From the NCBI GenBank assembly GCA_000004695.1, contig CM000152.2, positions 4,544,001 through 4,608,000 of the forward strand: a DNA stretch of 64,000 bases. Reading direction: 5' to 3'. The position numbers and the translations under genes are program-made. The notes beneath the pieces were generated by a model. The model made no database searches, was not told where the DNA came from, and saw only the letters and a program-made list of their open reading frames with translations. This DNA comes from Dictyostelium discoideum (Eukaryota). Shown in pieces: positions 25,660-37,014 of the stretch. Position 1 is the stretch's first letter. Each line of letters opens with the position of its first letter.

Positions 25660-26418
25660 CACAGCAAAGAAAAATGCACCTTTAAAGCAAATTTAAAGAA
25701 AAGTTGATTTAAATTGGATTTAAATTGAATTTAAAGCCGCGTTTAAAAAATTCATTTTTAAGGTAATTTTTAAGGTAATTTTTAAGATATTTAAAAATGC
25801 CTTTAAAATTTGCTTTAAAATAAATTTTTAAGCAATTTTAAAGGTGATTTTAAAGGTGATTTTAAAGGTGATTTTTAAGGTAATTTTTAAGATAATTTTT
25901 AAGATATTTAAAAATACCTTTAAAATTTATTTTAAATTAATTTTAAATAGGATTTAAAGTAGATTAAAAGTAGATTTAAAGTGAATTTAAATTTCCTTTA
26001 AACATAAATTTAAGGTTTTTAATAAAAAAGATCTAATTTTAGCACAAAAAAATGGGGATAAAATATTCTATCATTTTTAAATTTTTCATCAAAGCAATCA
26101 AATGGTGTAATGGTTGTTGAGACTCCCCTTTGATAGAGGGTCGGCGGATCGAATCCCTTTTGGGTAATTTTTGAAAAATTAAAAAAAAATTTTAAAAAAT
26201 TTATCCGTTAAATAACGGATTCGAACTCAGGACCTCGCTTTTAAAGCCATTAAAAAGGTAATTTTAAAGGTAATTTTAAAGGTAATTTTTAAGGTGATTT
26301 TAAAGTAACCTTAAAAATTACCTTTAAAATTACCTTTAAAATTGCTTTAATTCAGGACTTTAAAGCAAATTTAAATTTAATTTAAAGCGAATTTAAAGGT
26401 GGTTTTTTCTTTGCTGTG
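25660..26418. mobile_element. 759-bp terminal-inverted-repeat element (non-autonomous DNA transposon-like), copy 1, nested inside the Skipper 5' LTR
   Basis: - Perfect 15-bp terminal inverted repeats: CACAGCAAAGAAAAA ... TTTTTCTTTGCTGTG.
- No ORF.
- Interior is built from short direct repeats (GGTAATTTTTAAG / GGTGATTTTAAAG / TTTAAAG).
- Central A-box-like (TGGTGTAATGG) and B-box-like (GGATCGAATCC; GAGTTCGAATCCG) tRNA-derived motifs.
- The LTR sequence resumes exactly after the insertion, by comparison with the intact 3' LTR. Confidence 0.75.
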
Positions 26419-26954
26419 AAATTAAATTAAATTAAAATTTAAAAAAATAATAAAAATTCTGATTTTTCGGTTTAGTTGGAATAACGCCCTTACTTTTAAT
26501 TATCTCTTTTATGTATGTTTACTTTTATGATATTAGTCTTTCACTCTTTCTATCCTTCATATTAAAAAACATTACTTTAAAGATTGGACTGTTTGATAAA
26601 AGATTGAACAAATGTGACAATGGATTGAAGATTAGTGTGAGTGACTTTTACACTTTTTTTTTTCTAATTTTAACATAAAACAAATACATTAAAACAAATA
26701 ATTAGATACAATCCTTATATTTCGTATACAATGACACCTCATGATGAAGAAGTCGACTCTTCAGATTAGAGGAATAACAGTAGTATTTAAAACAAAATAA
26801 AAATGCATTACAATGGCCCTTCTGTTTGCAAGATTAACGCTGTACTGCTTAGGCGGTACAACGACACTTCCTACTCACATTGTAAACATGCATCTTTTAT
26901 AAAGTAATATAAAACAAGATTGTATCAATTAATTTAATAATAATGCTCAAATAC

Positions 26955-27230
26955 AAAGACACCACAATATAAATTATTAGTGGAATAACAGTTAAACAAA
27001 GACACCACAATATAAATTATTAGTGGAATAACAGTTAAATAAAGACACCACAATATAAATTATTAGTGGAATAACAGTTAAATAAAGACACCACAATATA
27101 AATTATTAGTGGAATAACAGTTATATTGATGCATTGTTATAATTAAAATAATTTAAGATAATATTTATTATCAATTAAATAATATAAAGACACCACAATA
27201 AAAATATATTAGTGGAATAACAGTTAACAT
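26955..27230 (+). repeat. Tandem 41-bp repeats (5 adjacent copies plus one diverged copy) in the 5' untranslated leader of the Skipper-like element
   Basis: The unit aaagacaccacaatataaattattagtggaataacagttaa recurs head-to-tail from about 26955 to 27165. A further copy lies at 27187..27230. Confidence 0.85.
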
Positions 27231-27378
27231 ATATTAATACTTATATTTAATTATTTAATTAAAAATTAAATTAAATTAAATTAAATAAATTAAATTAAAT
27301 TATATAATTAAATTATGTAAATTAAATTAAAAAATTAAATTATAAAATTAAATTATATTTAATAAATTTTATATATAA

Positions 27379-28542
27379 TTGTTGGTGAAAGTCATGTCAT
27401 CAACTACTACTCCTTCAAAGAAAGCCATCCGTAAAGCCAAAGTGTCTTCCACCGCCAAACGTGCCGCTGAAGTGACAACCGCCTCCGATGATGCTATTAC
27501 TGTTCAAGTAAAATCAAAAAAGACTCTTCGTCCCACTGAAGTTGATGATGAAATTTATTCAACTGAAAGCACTGATGTATCCGACGTCGAAGTCAGAGAG
27601 AAAGTGCCAAAGAAATCAAAGACCAATTCCATTGAAGCTAAAACCATTGACGCTTTAAAAAATGCTGCCACTGCTGTCATCTTCATGAATCTCTTTACCA
27701 TCCACTGCTCCCAGAATGGTGTTGAACCAACCTTGAAGACCATTATGGACAATGGTGCTGCATCAAATGAATTATTTCAATTGCTTCAACCTACCCACAA
27801 TGAATCAGTTAAGAACAACGATAAAATTGAAGGTGAAACATTGAAGAAGCTAATCCACCGTAACTTTAGATCCAAGACTTTGGTTCCATTCAAAACTGAC
27901 TACGAAGCTGCCAACACTAAAGTAGTCGAAGCTATTAACCATCGTAACTGCTACTCAGCCCAAGATGTTATAAAAAACATCGAAGCCATTATGAGTTACC
28001 ACAATGTAATTAATCCGGTGTATCTCATCCATGGTACTGCTGAAGTTCAATTAGAGTATCTAAGATCAATTTTAGATAATAATATCCTTGCTTTGTTAAA
28101 GATGGTCGTACCAGACTGGTTACAAACTGATGTTGCAATCAAACTCAACACTCAAACCGATATCACCGAGTGTCGTGAAGCCATCACCGAGTTGGTTCTT
28201 AACAATGCTGATAAGTTCTCGAGAAGAAGACCTTCCGATTCCGCATCGAATACTGATGAGAAGTTTCCATTAAAAAAGAATCATGCTACTCCAAATCATA
28301 ACTCTCATAACAGGAATTCCTTTGATGCTCAAGCTGATAAGATTAGAGCTGCAATATTACCCGAAATAAGAAAAGACTCTAAGGTAGACCTCAAAAAGAT
28401 AAGAAGCAGTTTCATCGTTTACCGTCAAAGCAAAGGCTACTGTCTCAATTGTGGTAAATCAAATCACTCCACATCTACATGTAGAATTGATCCGGTCGAT
28501 GCCAAAGCCAATCCAGGTCCATCAGCCAAAAAGCAACAATGA
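27379..28542 (+). CDS. Skipper-like Gag (387 aa) with a C-terminal CCHC zinc knuckle
   Basis: The motif CLNCGKSNHSTSTC (CX2CX4HX4C) lies near the C-terminus. The ORF ends in TGA at 28540..28542. Codon usage is less AT-biased than host genes. Confidence 0.85.
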   Translation: MLVKVMSSTTTPSKKAIRKAKVSSTAKRAAEVTTASDDAITVQVKSKKTLRPTEVDDEIYSTESTDVSDVEVREKVPKKSKTNSIEAKTIDALKNAATAVIFMNLFTIHCSQNGVEPTLKTIMDNGAASNELFQLLQPTHNESVKNNDKIEGETLKKLIHRNFRSKTLVPFKTDYEAANTKVVEAINHRNCYSAQDVIKNIEAIMSYHNVINPVYLIHGTAEVQLEYLRSILDNNILALLKMVVPDWLQTDVAIKLNTQTDITECREAITELVLNNADKFSRRRPSDSASNTDEKFPLKKNHATPNHNSHNRNSFDAQADKIRAAILPEIRKDSKVDLKKIRSSFIVYRQSKGYCLNCGKSNHSTSTCRIDPVDAKANPGPSAKKQQ

Positions 28543-31500
28543 CTCGATGAAGGTGATGAGTCCAAGTCAAAGATTTTAAATAAAAATTATAAAATTTCTC
28601 AATATCATCACCTTGAGGATAATGATTACCCAGTGAACAAAGATTCACTTTATACTCTTAACTCTTTTTATAATCAAAACATTGTTAAACAGTTACATCA
28701 ACAAAGCCAGCAACATGATGTTCATAAAAACATCAACAAACTTAAAGAATACGTCAAAGACTCATATGGTATAAAACTAGTTCCTGATACAACCGTTCCA
28801 ATTCCAAAAGCTGTTGAATCAGAGATGAAGTATAAACCACAGAAGATTGAATTTAATACTCCAACAGAGTTAACAAATGTTCAAGATAAAAACTATACTG
28901 TAAACATATTCAATCGTCCAAAGATATTAAATTCTAGTAAAGAATTAATTAACGATGAAGAAGATGAATTGCTTTACACAATTAAATTCGATAAAGAAAC
29001 AAACAAACCAATCATCTCATTATTACATAGTACTGGTACAAGTGATACTGCTCTCATTCCGACTCTCAAATGTTTAATCGTTCCAAACAGAGAAAACATG
29101 GATAAACCCAAGATTATAATTAACTCTCATTCCAAAGAAAAACAATTCAAATTAATTCTCGATACTGGAAGTAATGTTAGTTTAATCAATAAGAGGTTGA
29201 TTTCAAAAGATATGAAGAACCACGTTCACAAAACGAAAGCCAAGATTAACTTCCCGCTACTAGACGTCAAAGAAGAGTTTGTTGAACAAATCAATATACA
29301 AGTTAACAATGAAATTCATAACTTCTTTATTATAGAATTGGATATCATTGATGTACTTTTCGGTAATGATATCCTTAAGGACTCTATCATTAACCAAAAA
29401 GATAAAATAATCAAGTTGAATAATAGTACATACAAAATTAATTATCAACAGTCGAATCAATTACATTGTAATGTAAAAGCTCCAAGAAAACATGTTACCG
29501 TATCCAATGATAATCAGTCACAGTCACATAATCTACTAGATGATGATGAAGATATCAAAGAACAAGTTACAAAGTTTGTTGAAAGCATCCCATCACAACT
29601 TTGTGATATACTGGTTAAAACTAATCCAGAAGAAGAAGAGATACAAGCAGTACGTGATTTCATTAATGATTCATTCGAAGATGTTATAGTAGATAAACTT
29701 CCTGATATTCCAGATCAGATTAACAATTCCAGAAGAGGTAATATCATACATAATATCATAATAAAGAAAGATCAAGATGTTGAACCAACAAAGAAACAAA
29801 TCTATTATTCAACAGATGATCATAAGAGACATGTCGAAGAAATGGTTCTCAAATTTATAGATTTAGGTATTATCAAAAGATCAGAATCAAATTACTCATC
29901 TCCAATCATGTTATTAAAGAAGAGAGATTCATGGCGTGTAGTCCACGACTATCGTCAACTAAATAAAGTCACTGTTAGAGACGATCATCCATTCACTCCG
30001 GTTGATAGTCTTTTAAATCAATGTAAAGATTCAAAGCTTTTCTCAAAGTTTGACATGATTATGGGTTATTTCCAAGTGTTAATTAATCCAGAACACGCAA
30101 AGTACACCGCTTTCATTACACATATTGGTAAATTTGAATATACTAGAATGCCACAAGGTTTAGTCAACTCTCCATCCACATTCGCCAGATTGATGGTCGA
30201 AATATTTGGAAAAATCAAAAGTTTATTACAATACTTTGATGATCTTTTGGTTCATTCAAAACTCGACTACATGGTACATTTCATTGAAATCATTAGAATG
30301 CTTCTATATTGTAGAAAGTACCTATTATTCATTTCAAGAGAAAAGAGTGAAATGTTAAAGACTGAAGTTGATTTCCTTGGTTTTCACATTCATAAAGATG
30401 GTATATCTCCAAGAGCTGCAAAGGTTAGAGCTATCTCTGAGTTACCTGAACCAAGAAACGCCAAAGAAGCTGAAGCTGCATTAGGTCTTTTTGGATTCTT
30501 CAGGAGACACATTGAAAATTACGCTGAAAAAACCTATCACCTTTCCAAAGAATCAAAAGGAAAAAACAAGAAAACACTTTCTGATGAATCACTCAAAGAA
30601 TTCAATAATCTAAAGAAAGAGTTTGAAGGTGAAAATATTGTCGCTATTCCAATTGAACAAGATAACTCCATACCAATAGATATCGAAAAGGTTAAAGCAT
30701 CAACAGACATGCCAATCCATTCAGATAATAATAATCTAAACAATGGTAGTTTTCACTTGTATTGTGATGTTAGTGATAAAGCATTATCAGGTGTATTATA
30801 TCAAATTCAAGGTAATAAATTCAAAGTCATTTGGTTTCACAGTAGAAAACTTACTGATACTCAAAAGAGGTACAGCATAGGTGATAGAGAGTTCCTTTCA
30901 ATCATTGATTCTCTAAAGAAGTTTCAACATTTATTAATTGGTAAAAAGGTTTCAATCTACACTGATCACCAAAATCTTACATATATTATCAATAAGTCAA
31001 ACGATAAACCGTTCACAAAGAGACAAGATAATTATATGAAATATATTAAAGAATTTGATTATGAATTAAGACATATAAGTGGTAAAAAGAATGGTATAGC
31101 TGATTTTTTATCTCGTAAATATGATAATTTCCAATGGGATGAATCGTTTTTAAATAAAATTAAGGAAGAACAAATCAATTCTCAATGGCTATTAGAGATG
31201 AAAAAGAATCCAAATTTATGCATTGAAGAAATTAATGATATCTGTTACCTTAGTGAAGATGGGTTCAAGAAATTAATCATCATAGATAAAGAAACTATTC
31301 ATACCGTCATTAGAGAATATCACGATACCAAATATAGTGGTCATCACGCTTTAGATATCACATACAATAATATAAGACAAGATTACTATTTCAAAGAAAT
31401 GTTTTCTATTATCAAGAGGTACATAAAGTCTTGTGCAACATGTCAATTGAACATTAACCGTAAAGATAATGGTATACTCCAAAGTTTAGAAATTCCCTTT

Positions 31501-32826
31501 GAAGTTTGGAGAGATATATCAATCGATTTCTTATCGCTACCAAAAACAATGTATGCAATAAACGGATTTACAGTTGAAGTCGATCAAGTTTGTGTCATTG
31601 TTTGTAGATTATCTAAAATGGTTCATATAGTTCCATGTCATAAGACAATAGATGCCCAACATACCGTTCAATTATTGTTGAATCATGTGTTCAGACTCCA
31701 TGGTTATCCAAGAACAATCGTCTCCGATAGAGATCCAAGATTCCTTTCAGAAATATGGGAGAGATGGGCAAAGACGATGGATTCTAAACTCAAGATGACT
31801 GTGGCACACAGAGCACAAGCTGATGGTCAAACTGAAAGAATGAATAGAGAAATTATTAGAATATTAACTAAAGCCTCAACAGAGTATGGGGAGAATTGGT
31901 CAGATATCATTCCACTTATTGAATTTGCAATGAACTCATCAATGAGCAAGTCTACAAAGATGTCACCATTCCAAATCGTTTATGGATTCAATCCACCAAC
32001 TCCCGTTAATCATTTCAATTCATTAACAAAGACTCGTATACCAATGAGCAACATCAAAAAGATTGTCCGTGATAATATACTAGATGCTCAAATCAATGCT
32101 CAAAAGTATTACAACCGAGGTCGTGGTGATGTTATCTTCGTAGTCGGAGAAAAGGTGATGGTTAAAAGAAAATTCTTCCAAACTAATCTTTCAAAAGATC
32201 TAATCTCTCACAAACTTGAATCCAAGAATTGTGGACCATTCATAATCACTGCCGTTCATGGTAATAATGTAACACTCGATTTAGTAGGTTATCCAAAGAA
32301 ACACAATGTGTTCAACAAAGATCAAATCGTAAAACTATACGAGGACAGTGAGTGGTTAAGAGAAGAGATATCGATGCCGGAACCTGAGGAGATGGACGAA
32401 GCAAGTTACGAAGTTGAAAGTATTCTCAATCACGATAAAGTCAAAAAGATGTACCTAGTGAAGTTCAAAGGTTACCCAGAACCTGAATGGATCAAAGAAG
32501 TCGATACAGACTGTGAAGAGTTAGTCAGAGAGTATTGGAATAACGTGCAGAAGAAACAATTGAACTCAAGAAGAGAAAGAGAGAATGTAACTACAGAAGC
32601 CGTTGAGCCAATTGTGTCACCTCCACTCTCCCAAGAAGTTCAAAGTTCTCAAACATTGCAACCAATTACTCCAAGACAACAAAACTCCATCTCAAATCAA
32701 AGAAACCAATCAAAGAAAAGAAAATCAAGAAATCAAAATACTTCAAGTGATGATGATGAACTTGATCTTAGTTTACAAATTAAAACAACTAGATCAGGAA
32801 GAAAAGTTACACCCAAGAGTTTATAG
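28543..32826 (+). CDS. Skipper-like Pol polyprotein (PR-RT-RNaseH-IN-chromodomain), in the same frame as gag directly after its UGA. Has no ATG of its own (the ORF track start at 28633 is GTG)
   Basis: - Protease LILDTGSNVSL.
- RT motif LQYFDDLLVHS.
- Integrase zinc finger HHALD...CATCQ.
- DDE core (DFLSLP...VDQVCVIVCRLSKMVHIVPCHK...).
- Chromodomain YEVESILNHDKVKKMYLVKFKGYPEPEWIKEVD.
- The frame is open from 28543 onward. Confidence 0.85.
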   Translation, partial: LDEGDESKSKILNKNYKISQYHHLEDNDYPVNKDSLYTLNSFYNQNIVKQLHQQSQQHDVHKNINKLKEYVKDSYGIKLVPDTTVPIPKAVESEMKYKPQKIEFNTPTELTNVQDKNYTVNIFNRPKILNSSKELINDEEDELLYTIKFDKETNKPIISLLHSTGTSDTALIPTLKCLIVPNRENMDKPKIIINSHSKEKQFKLILDTGSNVSLINKRLISKDMKNHVHKTKAKINFPLLDVKEEFVEQINIQVNNEIHNFFIIELDIIDVLFGNDILKDSIINQKDKIIKLNNSTYKINYQQSNQLHCNVKAPRKHVTVSNDNQSQSHNLLDDDEDIKEQVTKFVESIPSQLCDILVKTNPEEEEIQAVRDFINDSFEDVIVDKLPDIPDQINNSRRGNIIHNIIIKKDQDVEPTKKQIYYSTDDHKRHVEEMVLKFIDLGIIKRSESNYSSPIMLLKKRDSWRVVHDYRQLNKVTVRDDHPFTPVDSLLNQCKDSKLFSKFDMIMGYFQVLINPEHAKYTAFITHIGKFEYTRMPQGLVNSPSTFARLMVEIFGKIKSLLQYFDDLLVHSKLDYMVHFIEIIRMLLYCRKYLLFISREKSEMLKTEVDFLGFHIHKDGISPRAAKVRAISELPEPRNAKEAEAALGLFGFFRRHIENYAEKTYHLSKESKGKNKKTLSDESLKEFNNLKKEFEGENIVAIPIEQDNSIPIDIEKVKASTDMPIHSDNNNLNNGSFHLYCDVSDKALSGVLYQIQGNKFKVIWFHSRKLTDTQKRYSIGDREFLSIIDSLKKFQHLLIGKKVSIYTDHQNLTYIINKSNDKPFTKRQDNYMKYIKEFDYELRHISGKKNGIADFLSRKYDNFQWDESFLNKIKEEQINSQWLLEMKKNPNLCIEEINDICYLSEDGFKKLIIIDKETIHTVIREYHDTKYSGHHALDITYNNIRQDYYFKEMFSIIKRYIKSCATCQLNINRKDNGILQSLEIPFEVWRDISIDFLSLPKTMYAINGFTVEVDQVCVIVCRLSKMVHIVPCHKTIDAQHTVQLLLNHVFRLHGYPRTIVSDRDPRFLSEIWERWAKTMDSKLKMTVAHRAQADGQTERMNREIIRILTKASTEYGENWSDIIPLIEFAMNSSMSKSTKMSPFQIVYGFNPPTPVNHFNSLTKTRIPMSNIKKIVRDNILDAQINAQKYYNRGRGDVIFVVGEKVMVKRKFFQTNLSKDLISHKLESKNCGPFIITAVHGNNVTLDLVGYPKKHNVFNKDQIVKLYEDSEWLREEISMPEPEEMDEASYEVESILNHDKVKKMYLVKFKGYPEPEWIKEVDTDCEELVREYWNNVQKKQLNSRRERENVTTEAVEPIVSPPLSQEVQSSQTLQPITPRQQNSISNQRNQSKKRKSRNQNTSSDDDELDLSLQIKTTRSGRKVTPKSL

Positions 32827-33302
32827 TCCACCTCTGAGCCATAGCTAGCCTAAAGAAGGAAGGGGAAGGTGTTAGAGACTCAAAACTAAATTAATTTAAA
32901 GTTAGTATGAGCTCAACAACGTAACAAATTCGCGCATCTCCATGTAAAAATATTTCATTTAATTTTTATTTTTATTTTTTAATTTTTTAATTTTTTATTT
33001 TTTCAGTCAAAAAATAAAAAATTAAATTAAAAAAAATTAAATTAAATTAAAATTTAAAAAAATAATAAAAATTCTGATTTTTCGGTTTAGTTGGAATAAC
33101 GCCCTTACTTTTAATTATCTCTTTTATGTATGTTTACTTTTATGATATTAGTCTTTCACTCTTTCTATCCTTCATATTAAAAAACATTACTTTAAAGATT
33201 GGACTGTTTGATAAAAGATTGAACAAATGTGACAATGGATTGAAGATTAGTGTGAGTGACTTTTACAGACAGAATCAACAGAAACATTGGCAGATAAAAT
33301 CA

Positions 33303-34060
33303 CACAGCAAAGAAAAATGCACCTTTAAAGCAAATTTAAAGAAAAGTTGATTTAAATTGGATTTAAATTGAATTTAAAGCCGCGTTTAAAAAATTCATTT
33401 TTAAGGTAATTTTTAAGGTAATTTTTAAGATATTTAAAAATGCCTTTAAAATTTGCTTTAAAATAATTTTTTAAGCAATTTTAAAGGTGATTTTAAAGGT
33501 GATTTTAAAGGTGATTTTTAAGGTAATTTTTAAGATAATTTTTAAGATATTTAAAAATACCTTTAAAATTTATTTTAAATTAATTTTAAATAGGATTTAA
33601 AGTAGATTTAAAGTAGATTTAAAGTGAATTTAAATTTCCTTTAAACATAAATTTAAGGTTTTTAATAAAAAAGATCTAATTTTAGAACAAAAAAATGGGG
33701 ATAAAATATTCTATCATTTTTAAATTTTCATCAAAGCAATCAAATGGTGTAATGGTTGATGAGACTACCCTTTAATAGAGGGTCGGGGGATCGAATCCCT
33801 TTTGGTAATTTTTGAAAAATTAAAAAAAAAAATTTTAAAAAATTTATCCGTTAAATAACGGCTTCGAACTCAGGACCTCGCTTTTAAAGCGATTAAAAAG
33901 GTAATTTTAAAGGTAATTTTAAAGGTAATTTTTAAGGTGATTTTAAAGTAACCTTAAAAATTACCTTTAAAATTACCTTTAAAATTGCTTTAATTCAGGA
34001 CTTTAAAGCAAATTTAAATTTAATTTAAAGCGAATTTAAAGGTGGTTTTTTCTTCGCTGT
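33303..34060. mobile_element. 759-bp terminal-inverted-repeat element, copy 2 (about 97% identical to copy 1). Lies 35 bp downstream of the Skipper 3' LTR and abuts a non-LTR retroelement fragment
   Basis: Same termini (CACAGCAAAGAAAAATGCACCTTTAAAG ... AAAGGTGGTTTTTTCTTCGCTGTG) and same internal organisation as copy 1. It differs by scattered substitutions and indels. Confidence 0.75.
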
Positions 34061-34730
34061 GATGACATAAAGAAACTGGAGAACGTTAATGCCAACATGT
34101 TATTCAAAGGGGACAGGTGGGCTATCTCAAAAGAAAGGAGCAGAAGAGACTATGAAATTGGAGGCCTGGAACTCTGGAATAGGGACTTAGCATGGAGATA
34201 TCTACTCAAGGCACTTCCAAAACACCATGGGGAGAATTGCCACTCATGTAAAGAAGAAGAATCGTCTATGCACATCTTCTTCGAATGCAAATCAATAAAA
34301 CAGAATATCGACTCAATCTATCAAAAGGTCTGTAAAGACTCCAACAACACTTACCACGGTCCATGGAGCGAAAAAGTTCTCGGAAAACTACTCACACCAT
34401 TCTCATCAAATCTGATAGGAGCCATTATGGAATCGATATGGTACAGAAGAAATCAAATAAAATTCAACGATAACACTACAATAATAACAGAGAACCAAAT
34501 AATTCATAAAATCAAAAAAGCGAGAGATGCCGAATGGGATAGAACAAGAAAGATAGTAGAAAAACAACTACGTCAAGAACTAAGATGCACTGATAACCGA
34601 GAGTCAATCAATCGGACCGCATCAATAAAAAGAAGACTCGAAAAATTCAGCCACAACTGGAACTCGAAACTCATGACCATAAACATCCCGGAACACTTCA
34701 TACCATACTGCTCATATAACACCAACTACT

Positions 34731-34764
<34 letters not shown>

Positions 34765-34856
34765 ATAACAATAATAATAATAATAATAATAATATAATAA
34801 TATAATAATAATAATATAATAATAATAATAATAATAATAAAAATAAGAATAACAAG

Positions 34857-34904
<48 letters not shown>

Positions 34905-34920
34905 AAACTCTCCTAGAACA
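34061..34920 (+). mobile_element. 5'-truncated non-LTR (TRE/LINE-like) retrotransposon 3' end: ORF2 C-terminal portion (34097..34735), then a poly(A)/(AAT)n tail
   Basis: The ORF has comparatively GC-rich codon usage (gggacaggtgggctatctc...) like Dictyostelium retroelements. It has a Cys/His-rich C-terminal region (HHGENCHSCK...HIFFECKS...). It ends in A27 followed by (AATAAT)n and A35. The 5' boundary is the TIR element end at 34060. Confidence 0.5.
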
Positions 34921-35211
34921 CACTCAAATTGAGTGATGTTATTAAAAAAAAAAAAAACTACTTATTTGAAAATATTTAAATATTTAAAAATAAAAGATTA
35001 ATTATAAAATATTAAGATAAATTAAAATAAAAAATATAAATTACAATAACTTGTGTACAAATACTCATTACGTTAGTCCACTTTCGTTACAGGCTAATTA
35101 AACCAATAATTATGTGCATAAAATACTTTTCAATAAGTACCAAAAAGAATCTTAATACAAAGGACCTTTTGAAAAATGTTTTTTTATTGTTTATTTTTTT
35201 AAAAATTTAAT

Positions 35212-36831
<1,620 letters not shown>

Positions 36832-37014
36832 TTTTTTTTTTGATTAAAATTGAAAAAAAAAATTTTTAATTAAAAAAAAATAAAAAAAAAAAAAAAAACA
36901 AAATTTACCAGAATTCCAAATTTCTTTGAAAGAAAAATTTTAAATGCCCAAAGAAAAATATTGTTTCTAATTTTATTTTTTTTTTTTTTTTTTATTTTTT
37001 TTTATTTTTTTTTT

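Larger units (their letters stand above)
25494..33267 (+). mobile_element. Full-length Skipper-like Ty3/gypsy LTR retrotransposon, about 7.0 kb excluding a nested 759-bp insertion. Flanked by the 5-bp target-site duplication GACAG (25489..25493 and 33268..33272)
   Basis: - 5' LTR 25494..26652, interrupted at 25660..26418 by a terminal-inverted-repeat element.
- 3' LTR 32870..33267 (398 bp, TG...CA termini).
- Polypurine tract AAAGAAGGAAGGGGAAGG at 32852..32869, immediately 5' of the 3' LTR.
- gag carries a CX2CX4HX4C zinc knuckle.
- pol carries protease DTG, RT YFDD, integrase HHCC + DDE, and a C-terminal chromodomain.
- Length, LTR size and chromo-integrase match Skipper. Confidence 0.75.

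Noticed and set aside
26100-26240. tRNA-like segments inside the TIR elements considered as bona fide tRNA genes (also 33750..33900)
   Set aside because: The acceptor and T stems do not pair (e.g. GGCGG...CCCTT). They are retained only as tRNA-derived A/B-box-like relics.
33126-33350. ORF 33126..33350 (74 aa)
   Set aside because: It lies entirely within the Skipper 3' LTR and adjacent flank. An identical sequence is present in the 5' LTR. It is not a gene.
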